A stretch of DNA of 64,000 nucleotides from NCBI GenBank assembly GCA_977017645.1, contig OZ360241.1, positions 70,370,001 through 70,434,000 of the forward strand, in the 5' to 3' direction. Source of the DNA: Torpedo marmorata. Taxonomy: Eukaryota. Under the pieces are notes generated by a model. It was not told the origin of the DNA. It was given only the letters and a program-made list of their open reading frames with translations, and made no database searches. This document shows positions 49,540-63,279 of the stretch, in pieces. Position numbers and translations under genes: made by a program. Each line of letters starts with the position of its first letter. Positions within the stretch are counted from its first letter, which is position 1.

Positions 49540-52275
49540 ATGGATGAATCAGATAATTCGCAACCTGCTGAGGACGAGAACAAGGGCATTTAAAGCCGGG
49601 GACACGGATCTTTACAAGAAGTCCAGGCACGACCTGCGGAAGGCCATCTCTGAAGCAAGGTGGCAATTCCTGAGGAAGCTAGACACAGAGACAGATACAC
49701 GCCAGCTATGGCAGGGAGTGCAGGCCATTACAGCCTACAAAGCGAAGGTGAACACTATAGTCGGCTGTGATGCTTCACTACCCGATGAGCTGAACGCTTC
49801 TATGCACGCTTTGAGAAGAAGAACAAAACAGTGCCTACTAGAATCCCTGAAAAGGCTGAGGACCCTGTGATATCTGTCTCTGAGGGCGACGTCAGAACAT
49901 CATTCAAGAGGGTGAACCCTCGCAAGGTGCCAGGCCCTGACGGCGTACCTGGCAGGGTACTGAAAATCTGCGCCAACCAACTAGCCGGAGTGTTCACGGA
50001 CATTTTCAACCTCTCATTGCGGCAGTCAGAGGTTCCCACCTGCTTCAAAAGGGCATCAATCATCCCGGTACCCAAAAAGAGTAGTGTGGGCTGCCTCAAC
50101 GACTACCGCCCAGTAGCACTAACTTCTATTGTGATGAAATGCTTTGAGAGGCTGGTCATGGCCAGAATTAACACATACCTAAGCAAAGATCTGGACCCAC
50201 TGCAATTCGCCTATCGTCACAATCGCTCGACAGCAGATGCAATATCGCTGGCTCTCCACTCAGCTCTGGATCACCTCGAAAACAGCAATTCATACATACG
50301 GCTGCTCTTCATCGACTACAGCTCGGCCTTCAATACCATTATTCCCTCAGTGCTGGTCAAGAAGCTACAAACTCTAGGCCTCTGTACCCCCCTCTGCAAC
50401 TGGATCCTTGACTTTCCCATCGGAATACCACAGTCAGTACGAATCGGAAACAACGTCTCCTCCTCACTGATTATCAACACAGGCGCACCCCAAGGATGCG
50501 TGCTTAGTCCACTGCTCTACTCGTTATACATCCATGACTGTGTGGCCAGGCACAATTCCAATGCCATCCCCCTGTCCCTCAACAAGATGGCGGCGCTGCC
50601 GGAGCCGCTGTAGCGGCAGCGCTGCCGCTGGTGCGGACCCGCGGGGAGCGAGGGAGCGGAGATACAGCGCTCCCGCGGGGTCCAGCCGCCCAGTCGACTG
50701 CCGTCGGTTCCGCACGGGCTTTGACCGGCCCGTTAAAGGAGCCGACGGTGGTTTTATTCGAGATCCCGCGACTGCGGGGTCTGTGCCCAAGATGGCAGCG
50801 CCTATTAATCGGCAGCAGCCACGAGGGGCTGCAGACTCCGGGGAAGCGGGGGACTGGAGCAGGGCACCAGTGGACGGGAAGATCACCCCCGTCTGAGAAG
50901 GAGAAGCGGAGGAGAAGACCCACGGGACGGTGAGCACAGCGGCGGACCGGTGAGGGGCTCTGAGGCTGAAGGACCAGTGCATGTGGCGGGCTGCTGGCGA
51001 CTCGAGTCGAGGAACCCGCGGAGGCTGTGGGCTGCTGGAGACTGCTGTCGGGGGACTCACGACGGGCTGCGGACTGCTGGAGGTTGGCTCAAACTGGCTG
51101 GAGGAGTACCAGGTATCGGAACCAGGATGTGAGGGGGTGCCGAGGGCGACCTGACCGTGTTGGAGGTTCGGATCTGGTGCTCGGGATGCCGATCGTTTGG
51201 ACTGGACTCTGTGTGGCTGCGGAAGCGCTGGAGGTGAATCTATGGACACTCGGTTACTCTGGGGGGACTCTCTTTTGCTTCTCTTTCTCTGACTGTAAGG
51301 AATGTTAGAGGCGCTTAGGCAATTTCTGCCGATGGCGAATCTGTCTGCCTTGCAGCAGGCAAAAAGAAATTTTGTGGTATATGACACTGTCTTATTGCTA
51401 TGACAATAAATTGAATTTTGAATCTTGAATCTTGAAGTTTGCCGATGACACCACAGTTGTCGGCAGAATCACAAACGGCAATGAGGAAGCATACAGGAGG
51501 GAGATAGATCAGCTCGTTGATTGGTGTAATGGCAACAACCTTGAGCTCAACGTCAGCAAAACCAAGGAGATGATTGTGGACTTCAGGCGGAAGTCAGGGG
51601 AACACGACCCAATCCTAATCGAGGGCTCAGTAGTGGAGAGAGTCAAGAACTTCAAATTCCTGGGTGTCAACATCTCCGAGGATCTGTCCTGGAGCATCCA
51701 CGTTGATGCAATCACAAAGAAGGCTCGTCAGCGGCTATACTTTTTGAGGTGTCTGCGGAGATTCGGTATGTCACCAAAGACTCTAGTAAACGTCTACAGG
51801 TGTACTGTGGAGAGCATTCTGGCTGGTTGCATCACTGCCTGGTATGGAGGTGCCAACTCCCAGGACAAGAGTAAACTCCAGAGGGTTGTTAACTCGGCCT
51901 GTGACATCAGAGGCACCAAACTTCACTCCATCGAGGACATCTACATGAGGCGGTGTCTTAAAAAAGCAGCCTCTATCCTCAAAGACCCCCACCACCCAGG
52001 CCATGCCCTCTTCACTCTGCTTCCATCGGGAAAAAGGTTCAGGAGCCTAAAGACGAGCACTCAACGGCACAAGGACAGCTTCTTCCCTGCTGCCATCAGA
52101 TTCCTGAATAATCAATGAACCAAAGAAGACACTGCCTTACTTTTCATGCACTATTGTTTATAATTTTTTATAGTAATGTCGTAAGATGGTTAATATGAAT
52201 GTTAATTGCACTATGATGCTGCCGCAAAACACCGAATTTCATGACTTGTTCATGACAATAGATTCTGATTCTGAT
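49540..52275 (+). mobile_element. Rex1/Babar-like LINE family B, long RT fragment
   Basis: ORFs 49544-49870, 49831-50613 and 51432-52118 (KFADDTTVVG...SFFPAAIRFLN); inverted relative of 42616-45637. Confidence 0.95.
50569..51434 (+). mobile_element. GC-rich non-autonomous retroposon, longest copy, nested just before the KFADD motif of Rex1-B
   Basis: 5' aacaagatggcggcgctgccgg; 3' atgacaataaattgaattttgaatcttgaatcttg. Confidence 0.92.
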
Positions 52276-52865
52276 TACAAGTACCATGGATCCTGAGTTG
52301 AGAGAGGCTGGAGAGCGCTGACTTGCCGATTTGACAAGTTGTCTCTTGCTGCAATTGCAGTTTTTGATTTTCCCTCATTCAAGATTTTCCCACTGGTGGA
52401 AATATCCCAATGTCCACCTCTCATGGCCCCTAAGGATTTTGTGCTTTTCAATGAGATCACCCACATTCTTCTAAAGCATCTTGGTCTAATTTACCTGGTC
52501 CAATATATTTTGGGCACTCTTGATTGGATGACCTGACATTCTTTCACATTATATTCCAATGTCACGTTTCCAGCCACTCACGTCATGAATGGTAAAGACA
52601 ACGTTCCTGAAGGTCGATAAATCTATCCGGAGGAATCGGAGTTGGTGGAATATAGCTGCAATGGAAGATAGATCAAGTACACGAGATTAGATCATGCACC
52701 TCCTGATTCAAAGACAGTTTCTTTCCCACCATTATCACAGACTCGTGAATGAGCCTGACAGTAATGATGAGAATGATGTTTGCTTTGCTTGTACTCACTG
52801 ATCACTCTCTGTAATTCTGTACTCTGCACTGTTTCCACTGCAACATTTTATATGGGTTGACAAGT

Positions 52866-53028
52866 TGGACGCCTGCCGACATTTTTCCACACCTTGATGA
52901 AAGGCTCAAGCTCGAAACATCCATTATGTAACTTTATCTTTGCTATATAAAAGACTGTTTGACCTGTTGAGTTTCTCCAGCATTGTGTTTTTACTTCAAC
53001 CACGGTGTCTGCAGACCGTGTTTTACTT
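52866..53028 (+). mobile_element. PLE terminal-repeat fragment with degenerate hammerhead-like motif
   Basis: ccttgatgaaaggctcaagctcgaaacatcc...gtttctccagcattgtgtttttac. Confidence 0.8.
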
Positions 53029-53602
53029 CTGACAAGCTGAACTGCTTGCAAAGCAAATTTTCTCACTGTACCTCAGTGACAATGAACTTAAACTTGACAT
53101 TAAGGAGAACAGACTACATGGCGATAATCCATTATGCCATCGTTCAGAAATCCTGACGCTTCTGCATATGACTCATCGTGCAAATTTCCACACTCCTTTT
53201 ACCTTTACCGTGGCCCTCTTCCCTCATTCAGTTTAACCACACCAGGACTACATTTCCACACTCCCTTTAACTTCACCATGTTCCGACTTCCCACACTCAC
53301 CTTAAACTCAGTGGGACCTCATTCCCGCACTCCCTTCGAACACCCTAGAGTCCCATTCCCAACATCAGCTTCAAAACACCAGGATCACATTCCCATTCTC
53401 CTTTTGCACACACTGGTCCCTGTACCCCCACTCTCTTTAAACTTACCTAGGTTTCACTGGGAAATCTATTACACCTCCATATAACCTCTAAACAAATTGA
53501 AAGTGTTGGTGCATTAATAGGAGTAACATCCAATAATCCAGAAAATCTGCCAGTTTGTCTCCAGGAAAGTAGCAAGGATGCTATATTTTCTGTTTTACTG
53601 CA

Positions 53603-54503
53603 CTGTAGTGGATTATATTAAAAAGGGCCAATGAGTCAGCATACAGGAGCGAGATTGAAAACTTGGCTGAATGCTGCACCAACAACCACCACGCACTCAA
53701 TGTCACGAATACCAAGGAACTGATTATTGACTTCAGAAAGGGAAAACCAGAGGTATACAATCCAGTGATTATTGGGGGATCAGGGAATGAGAGGGTGAGC
53801 AAATTTAAGTTCTTGGGAGTCAGTATCTCAGAGGATCTTTCCTGGACCCAACACACTAATGGCATCATGAAGGAAGAATGTCACACCTCTACTTCCTCAG
53901 GACTTTGCGGAGGTTTGGTATGACATCATTTGGTATGACCCTGGCAAATTTCTACAGATGTGTGGTGGAAAGTGTGCTGACCGGCTGCACCACGGTCTGA
54001 TATGGGGACACCAATACCCCTGAGTGTAAAGCCCTCCAAAAGGTAGTGGACACAGCCCAGGACATCACAGGCAAAACCCTCCCCACCATCGAGAACATCT
54101 ACGGGGAACGTTGCCGTCGGAGAGCAGTAGCAATCATCAAGGATCCACACCACCCAGCACACGCTCTGTTCCCGCTGCTGCCATCAGGAAAGAGGTATAG
54201 ATGCTGCAAGACTCACACCACCAGGTTCAGGAACAACTGCTACCCCATCACCATCAAACTCCTCAACAACTAACTCAATCAGGGACTCATTTAAGGACTC
54301 TTACTTCTGCACTTTGATTTTTTTTCTCCTCTCTTTATTCCAGTCAGTTTGTTTACATTTTTTTATTTTTTTTACATGTGTGCGTTGTGTAGAGTTTTTT
54401 TTCTTGCACTACCAATAAATGGTAGTTCTGCTTCACCAGCAGGAAAAAGAATCTCAGGGTTGTATGTGATGTCATGTATGTACTCTGACAATAAATGTGA
54501 AAT
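53603..54503 (+). mobile_element. Rex1/Babar-like LINE family A, 3' fragment
   Basis: ORFs 53663-53923 and 54046-54273; 3'UTR ending tgacaataaatgtgaa. Confidence 0.9.
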
Positions 54504-57500
54504 CAATAGTTTGAGGGATTGTGAAAGATTTGTGGGAGAGAACTTTAGTTAAAATAGCATCAATGTCCTGAAGTGACTCTCCCACTGTAAAATCCCAGCA
54601 TTCTCAGCCCCTCACAGAGGAGCCAGCCAGAATCCACCCAATTTGTGTCAGTTTTGTTTTAATGAGACGAAAGAAAGTGAGATGAGTAACAAAATCAAAG
54701 CATATTTGAAAGGGGCTTGTTAAACAGCAGAGCTTTTAATGATAATCTCTCACGAAGCCAATACTTTAACTTGGAAAAAAATAAAATCATTTTTGTGGAC
54801 ATTTCCTTCTCAGCTGAAAGTTGCCTTGCTTTTATCTCACAGCTTCACTGGGCTGCCAATTAAAGCAGAACCCTTTGCAGTTCTCAAACATTGTCACCTC
54901 CACACTTTGAAAGATATACTTGAGGAGGTTGAAATTAATTTTTCAGTCAGTGAATCAATTTAAACCTGTCCCTCAATTTCTTGACAAAGTGTGCTTTAAC
55001 CAGAGATGTAATGTCAGCTTGTCTCCAACATTCTGTATTTCTTGCCAAGCTTTTAAAAATTGATAGCCTTTAATGTTTACGTAGGATTGCAAGTGATATA
55101 TGGTGCAGAAATTGGCCATTCAGCTCTACTGCTTCATGTTGACTTTTATGCTCCACTTGAGCATCTTCCTTTGATCAACAGCGGCATGACCCTTTATTTC
55201 TGTCTCCTTTATATGCTTGCAAAACATCTCATTGCTTTGTCACCTGCCATCTGCCTCATTTAAACCCATCCCTCTATTGCAAACCTGGACCCAATCTATC
55301 ACAGATATCCACCTTTTCTCAGATTTCCAACATCTACCGTATTTACCTCAACCATTCACTGTGGTAGTGAATATGTCTTTCTCTTCACTCGCTCTGTTGC
55401 TGAACCACTTGATCAGCCGAGAAGGTGCTCAGGCAGTCTCTCACCTGACGTAGGACAGCCGACCAGAGCAGTAGAGTGAGCTTCATCATCCCTAGGATTG
55501 GACACAACCAGAGAATACATCAACAACAACTAAATCCTGAATGTGTGAGAAATACTCAGAAAGTGCAGAAGGGTTAGTAAATGCAGAAAACTAGTAAAAG
55601 TAGCTCAACGACTCTTCTTGATGATGGCTTATCCACCTGAAACATTAACGCTGTTTTGTTCACCACTTGTTGTGCTGAGTATTTCCTGCACTTTCTGCTT
55701 CTATCTCAGAATTCCTGCGGTTATAGGTTTTTTTAGCTAACTCCATTTATGTTAAGGATTGATCATAGTGAAATGACTGAAGGTGCTTCACAGAAGTGTT
55801 GCAAAGCAAAATTTGACTTCTGGAAAAGAGAAGTTGGGCAACATCTTGTCCAACGTCCTGGCGTCATTTCCAACAATGCTCTTGTTAGAGGACAGGTGAA
55901 CGGGCTTAGGCATCATTCCTCTGACTTCCAATTAGACTCTCCCTGTCCATCAGGGCCTCCACTGTGCTTCTCCCCCTCTGTTTCTACCCCTCTGTTTCTA
56001 CCTCTCTGTTTCTACCCATATTCTACAGAGCTCATCATTCAAGTGGAATCTTCCAGCCCTTGCACCAGTAGATGGCCCCTGCTTTCTGTGCTGAAAGAGG
56101 CATGTCTGTCCCTCCTGGTCAGGAACAGAAAGCAAACCCATGCTAGAGAAGGAGTGGGATATAAGGGACGTATTTGATGCTCTAGTCTAGGATATTAGAC
56201 AGATGTCCCAACTCAGATGGTAATGGGATTACTGTGCTTCCATAGACACAATGGAATGAGTGACCTCCTTCTGCATGATAACAAGTATGTAAGTGGGTGA
56301 CCTTTGAGCACAGTGCCTCAAAGCAGATGGACAGAATAGGTCAAGAGGTGACATGAAGGATGAAAAAGGCAGAGAGCTCTCAGGACGTATTCTTCTGACT
56401 GCTATCCACTGGCATCCATTACCAAGGAAAGTGATGATGTTTGTGCTTCTGAAGAGAACTGGTTCAGAATCTTAACTGAGATCAACAATCCTGCCAATAC
56501 TTGTGAAGAATGTTATGCTGAGTGAGGAAGGTAATCAAGACTTAGGAGTTCGTGATCTGGAAATCTGAACGTGAACATTTTTGGTTGCTCACCAACCATT
56601 CGAGTGGTGCATTCAGAAGCAGTTGAACACGTCATGGAGCTCGTTTCCACAAGTCTACGAAGGCATTAAAGACTCTGGGAGACAGCACATCCTGGAAAAA
56701 CTGATTGATGCCCAAGTAGATGAGGTGCATTAATCAGTTAGTTTTATGATCAATTTACTAATTGCAAGATTGGAGCCTCAGTGGTAGAACACAGTGAAAG
56801 TGCGAGCAGCGGGAGAGATCAAATGTTGGAACTATGATGTTGGGGATGGAGGGAGAAACAGGACTCATTGACCGGGTGATTTAATGCAAATGCCCCTGAA
56901 GCTCACGGATTCCACCTTGGGAGGTACTTTATGTACATTCTCTGTTGCCAGTGGGATTCGTTACAACGTTGATCCACAGATGCCATGGCCTCCTGACATT
57001 CCAGTCTTGGGCAGAGACCTCCGATGGGGATTAGACACTCTGCACCCAATAAGGCAGATGTTCCTTTTCTGCCAATGCCAGTAGTAGGATCAAGGTGTTT
57101 TAGTTCATTAGCCAGTGAGGAAGGATTAAGCAGTTGGGTGAAAATTGAAAAGCATGACCAAGTATAATTGAGTGGGAATCTCTTGGATTGTATTTAATGT
57201 AGATAATGAATTGCTTTAGACTCTAGTACTTTAATCGGTTATTGTTTAATGTAATAGACTACCTGTCAGCAATTTATTCCTTGTATTTTATATACCCGCC
57301 TTTAATAAGGAATTGACATAGCCTTAAAATATGGGTTTTAAATAGCATTTTCACTTGATGTGGCACTTAATAAAAGAAAACTAACTTAGTGTTGAATAGG
57401 ATGTCACAGAATTGAAAAATAATAGTTCCTTGCACTGAAAAGGCTTCACCTGACGTTCTGCAGCTGGGATGAAAATCCTTTACATCCCAACACATTTCTA

Positions 57501-57594
57501 GCCCACTCGCACTTCAGCTCCACATCCTCTCCATCCCATCGAGATGTGGTTGGCACAGGCATGGTCCTGACTCAGAATGAAGTCATGGAGTCAT

Positions 57595-57925
57595 ACAACG
57601 TGGACTCAGGCCTTTCAGCCCTTCAAGTCCGTGCCAGCCATCAACTACCCATTCACACTAATCCTACAGAAACCTGATTTTATTTTTCCCTCCCTTTATA
57701 CTCCCACTGATTTTACCACTCACCTACGTACAAGGGGTCATGTACAGTGGCCAATTAACCAACCAACACACAGGCTTTTGAGATGTAGGAGGAAAGCGAA
57801 GCAGATGGAAGAAAATGAAGCAATCGCAGGGAGAAGGTGCCCACACCACACCGACAGTGACCAAGGTCACAATTAAACCCGGGTTTCTGGCATTGTGATG
57901 CTGTGGCAGTACTAGCTGCACCACT
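57595..57925 (-). mobile_element. Degenerate SINE
   Basis: caggcctttcagccc tail, gcagggagaaggtgc core, aaacccggg B-box-like. Confidence 0.55.
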
Positions 57926-58049
57926 CTGTTGCATTTTTTTCTCATTCACACTCTTAGGTGCTGGAGGGAAGCCAATAATTTATATAAACAATCCAAGCTA
58001 CTTGATTTATAAAAGAGCAGCATTTTTTCCATTTCTTCCTCTGGAGATC

Positions 58050-58630
58050 TGGACAGCTTCTATGGAATTCTCTCCTCTAGAAAGTAGCTGAGGCCAAATT
58101 CTTGGATATATTGAAGGAATTAGATGTGGTTCTAAAGGCTAAGGAGATCAAAGGATGCAGGAAGAAAGCAGTCCTGAATTGGATGATCGGCAATCATATT
58201 CAATGGCAGAGCAGATTCAAACAGATACCCTGTTTTCGGTGTTTCAATAAATTCATTGCAGCCACAAGACATTGGAGCGGAATTAGGCCATTCGGCCCAT
58301 CGATTCTACCCCGCCATTCCATCATGGCTGATTTACTATCCTTTTCAACTCCATTTTCCTGTCTTCCCCCGTAACCCATGATTCCATTCCTAATCAAGAG
58401 CGTATCTACCTCTGTCTTAAATATACCCAATAACATAGCCTCCACATCCATCCATGGCAACGAATTTCATAGATTCATCACCCTCTGGGTAAAGAAATTC
58501 CTCTTCATCTCTGTTCAAAGGGATTATTTTGTATTCTGAGGCTGTGCCTTCTGGTCCCAGACTCCCCCACCACAGGAAACATCCTCTCCATGTCCACTCT
58601 ATCCAGTCCTTTCAGTATTTGATAGATTCA
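58050..58630. mobile_element. Two tail-to-tail CR1 3' fragments (58050-58220 +, 58268-58630 -)
   Basis: LGIFKTEVDTLL (ORF 58200-58460 -); attcatcaccctctgggtaaagaaattcc is the reverse of RNFFTQRV. Confidence 0.75.
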
Positions 58631-60900
58631 ATGAGATTTCCCCCACATTCCTCTGAAGGTGTGTTACAATTCTTAAAGGAGTACAACCTAATATTAGATC
58701 AATCACAAATGTTACCCAACTGAAGCGAACTGAAGTTACAAAAGAGAAAGATGCAAACTTGCAAAATAACTGTCCAGTCTCTATAAGAAATGTCTTCTCG
58801 ATACCTGAATTGACAGACGACCTTTCCAGCGCTGGTCCTAATTGATTGTGGTTCTCCCAGAGCAGGTTGCATTCCCATTCTCCATCTTCGTGCTCCTCCA
58901 ACTCTACTTACATCAAGCAAGCTTCATTGGTGGTCTTCCTAAGATGGTGCCTGTTCTTGTAAATGGACCACCCTCTTTGAGTGATCTAGAGATGCATTCC
59001 TGTCATGCTGGGCACCACTGCTTCTCATAGTGGAAAGGTATGCTGGAAAGGCACAGTCCAAGAAAATCGGCTCTGAACCTTAACAACAACAGCACAACGA
59101 AAATGGATCCTTCCTGGAGTGTCGAATGTGCACATGACTACGTTGACCAGCAGTTGTCACTCACCTTCCCTGTGTACTGAACGCAAAAACTCTGAAGACA
59201 AGTGTGATGCTTCGACAGCTCCCCAACCAGAATTAGCCAACTCAGCACAGGCTATGGACTGAACTCAAGTTCCTTTATAACCAGAGGGCAGAGTGTTAGT
59301 CTTAAGGTGAAGATGTTCAAAGGGAACATGCGGGATTTATTTTTTTTCACGTTAAGTCCAATTGAAAATGCACTGCCTGAGGAAGTGATGGAGATAGGTA
59401 CCCCATCAAGACGAGCATTTGCCAGAGAAGGCTACGGACCAAGTGCTGGAAAATCAGAGTAGTATTGGCAGGGCTCGCACAGATACCATGAGGCAAAGGA
59501 TCTGTTTCTGTGCTGTATGACCCCATAACCCTCCTTGTCTGAACACCTTTGCTCCCTCCTGACCAGAGCATTGACCAAATGACAGGCCTTTCTGCATTCC
59601 TCGAAGTGAATAAATGAACATGATTGGACTTTTTGTTTTTTAACACAGTGCAGACAGCAAGAAAGAACAGTTGAGTGAAAACCTGCAGCAGTAAATGACT
59701 TAAAATATGACAGTAATTTTATGTAGATTTGACAATTTTGCCATCTTTCAAATACTGCTTTGCTTTAGAATGTTTAATTCATTGCAACAATCTTTCAGAC
59801 AAGCTTGGGATATATTTATTTTAAATACAGCTATTATTCATGTCAGAGAAATAGCTCTGAGAAACCTATTTGTTTTCCTTTCTGCCTGTTAATTACTCTT
59901 TTATTTTACAGTGGAAAATGGTTTCTTCTTTATATTGCTTAGATTAGCAGGAAATGTTCCTAAGCAATGGGTGAATTGGAGCAGTTGCAGTCACTCAACA
60001 GGTGTGAATAGTGTATGATAAGTGGCGCGATAATAACATACCAAAAGCAATAAAGGCCACGAACATGGAATTTTCAGTACATTTAAATGTTTCAGTACAA
60101 TCCACATCCTCACGTACAACATGGAAGCTGGCCCTTCAGCCCAACATGTCTGTGCTGACCACTAAATGCCTATTTAGATGAATCCCATTTTTATTATCCC
60201 CAAATTCTCTTAAACATCTCCCAGATTCTATCAATATCTTACACATTAAGGACAATTAGCAGTGGTCAAAAAATCTACCAGCCTGCCCGTCCTTGTGTTG
60301 TGACAGGAATGAAGAGCATTCAAGGTAAACCATGCAAACTCCATGCAGTCAGCCCTGGGGTTATCAGGTTTCCCACAGGCGATCATTTATCAGTGACCTC
60401 ACATGAAGAGCATGCCATGTGTGTCTGTGAGAGTTGCATTTTCAGTTATATTATAAATGGGCCAACATGGTCACCTGGTTGGTAGCTAGGACGGGGAATT
60501 AGTGAAAGAGTGTTAAAATATCATGTTAAGAGCAGTAGCTACAAATTACACTGTTTAATAAAGGGTTAGTAAATGCTGTGATAGCCCACAATTGAATGGT
60601 TTTTGATAGCCTTTGCCTTAGTTTATATTTGAAGAATAGATATCCAAAGCCAAGAAGTATCCTAAACCATCTCTCCACCAATAGTCAGAATCTTCAGGAT
60701 TGGAAATTAGGATGAAATCGGAAACTGTTGCAGTGAGCCCTTAAGTTGTCTTCTTTAAAACTTTACATTTCTTCCAGTGGATGGCAATTGAAATTGGTAT
60801 TGAAGGCAAAATGGAAAATATTCCATTTATCCTATAACACCTTTGTGTACTTCACTCTGGGCTGGGGAAGGGGAATTGAGCAGAAAATGAATGTTCAGAG

Positions 60901-61220
60901 TGAAACGCGAAAGTCTGCAGACGCTGTGATTGTAGGAATAACGCAAAAATGCTGGAGGAACTCAGCAGGTCTCGCAGCGTCCATAGGAGGTACAGATATT
61001 ATAAGCAACATTTCGGGCCTGAGCCCGTCTTCAAGGTATGAGCAAAAAGCAGGCTGGCGCCTGAATAAAAAGGCTGGGAGAGGAGGGAAGAAGGGGCAGG
61101 GGGAGGAGCACAGGCCAACAGGCAAAAGGCCATAATTGGATAAGAGGACAGGAGAGGAAAGGTGAGATTTGATCGGGAGAGGTGGGTGGCTCTGTGAATG
61201 CAGAGCTGGAGTAAAGGAGA
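60901..61220 (-). mobile_element. PLE terminal-repeat fragment, related subfamily
   Basis: aaaatgctggaggaactcagcagg...tttcgggcctgagcccgtcttcaaggtatg. Confidence 0.8.
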
Positions 61221-61665
61221 CAAAGGAGAAAGGGAGAATGTTCAATGCATTTTCTGAAAATGCTCCTATTTACTTCTGTGGAAAAGTTGGTATAACTGAC
61301 ATGATGTACCGATAATTGTTATGTCAGTATTAACTGAGGTTTGAGTTAGCACAAATGAATTGCATTACTAAGGTGTTAAATCGCTCCAAACTGTTTTAAG
61401 AGTTGAGCAAGCAAATATTTCAAGCCTTGCTGGAGCAGTATTAAGAAAAATTAATCTCTTGGTTAACTTTACCCTTAGCATTTTTTCACTGTTGTTTTAC
61501 AGGAGACTGAAGGTCAATATCTGTTGTCAGGACAGGCTTAATTATTCTCAGGATTGATCTCAAGGTGGTACTGGCTGCCTCCACAGAGAGTTCTGGGCAC
61601 TCTCGGGTCAAGAAATAGGGACAGATCAAGTGAGTAGTGGAGGGGCAAGGTTGAGGAAAATGTTG

Positions 61666-61821
61666 GCATTTTCTCATACTTTGATGAAGGGCTCAAGCCC
61701 GAAACGTCGGTTATGTATTTCTACCTTTGCTACATAAAAGACACTGTTTGACCTGCTGAGTTTCTCCAGCATTTGTGTTTCTTACTTCAACCACGGTGTC
61801 TACAGATTTTCGTGATTTACT
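61666..61821 (+). mobile_element. Short PLE terminal-repeat insertion with hammerhead-like motif
   Basis: Near-identical to 33450-33606. Confidence 0.88.
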
Positions 61822-62703
61822 TTTAAACCTAGCCCATTCTTTAAAAAAGGATTTGTGTTGGATACCTACTTTGAGCTTGTGCCAACTTTATAATCGGTTC
61901 ACTTTATATAATTTATAAAACAGGGCAAAGCCAATCCAGGAGCTAGCTGGTTTATAGCTCAGTAATACATTTGGCAGTCAGCTCAGTCAAACATTGGGAA
62001 ATGCCATTCTATGGTCAATATTATTTTGCTCAGTGAAGTTTTACATACTTGCATCCTTGCTGACAATTGAAAGGCCAGTTTTCTTTCCAAGTTTCTCCCT
62101 CTCTCCAAAATAGGTAATTAATTGGGTAATGAAAAGTCTGTTTGATTTTTGAATGGTTATAAGAAGCCAGAGTGGGAAATTCAGAAGACGAATGACAGGA
62201 ATATAAAGGTAGAGCTAATGCCAGAAGGAAGAAGAATATACAGATATAGAAAAATATATCAGCTGACAGGAGTAGCATAAATTAGACCAAAGTAAGTGCA
62301 ATAGAGAAACTGGAATCACAGTTGCAATTTCTTTATTTTGGAGTAAAATTGTACCTTTCTCAACATTCAGGACATGTTCCCAGAAACAAGAGCAGTATGG
62401 ATTTGGTGCTTATTTAGATAGAGTGGTATGACGAAAAGGAATCTGGCACAAACTCTTGTCCTATCCCTTCAGCATGCTGCCATGGTGGGAACCAGGGTGC
62501 CAGGGTTCTAATTGTGAATCCAGCAATGAATCGCCCCATGGCTCAGGGTGGAGAAGCTGATTGTGAGGACTGCCCGTGCACGGGCAGGGAGAGTGGCACT
62601 GCTGCTCAGTGCTGAGGCGTGGGGCTTATACCAGTGATCACCAGATTGTTACCATAGAGAAAGCTCTAGCCAGGGACAACCGATACATAGAACACAGGGT
62701 AAG

Positions 62704-63271
62704 TGGCTTTCTCTACATCAGAGAGACTGGTCGCAGATTGGGAGATTGCTTCGCTCAGCACCTCCGCTCCATTTGCAACAACAGCGACCTCCCAGTGGCC
62801 AACCATTTCAATTCCGAGTCACACTCCCGCACTCACATGTCCGTCCATGGCCTTGTGTATTATCCCACCCTGACCACCCGCAGATTGGAGGAACAACACC
62901 TTATTTTCCATCTGGACACTCTCCAGCCAGGTGGCATTAACATTGACTTTACTGCTTTCCACTAAACCTGTTCGCCTTTTCTTTCCCATCCCCCCTGTCC
63001 TGTCTTTCCAGTTCTTCAACCCACCCAGCCATCCCTCCTCCCCCTCATTGCTGCTGTCCCCTCCCTCCTTTCTCCACCCATCATCTCCTACCTTTGCCAC
63101 CCCTTCCCCCCCACCCCCCGCCCCCCACTCTTTTGTTCGGACACCTGCCGGCATTTTTCTCATACCTTGATGAAGGGCTCAAGCCCGAAACGTCGGTTAC
63201 GTATCTTTACCTTTGCTACATAAAGGACACTGTTTGACTTGCTGAGTTTCTCCAGCATTTTGTGTTTTTAC
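62704..63271 (+). mobile_element. Penelope-like element 3' fragment (GIY-YIG C-terminus plus terminal repeat)
   Basis: GFLYIRETGRRLGDCFAQH...LEEQHLIFHLDTLQPGGIN; hammerhead-like motif at about 63161-63203. Confidence 0.9.
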
Positions 63272-63279
63272 CACAACTT

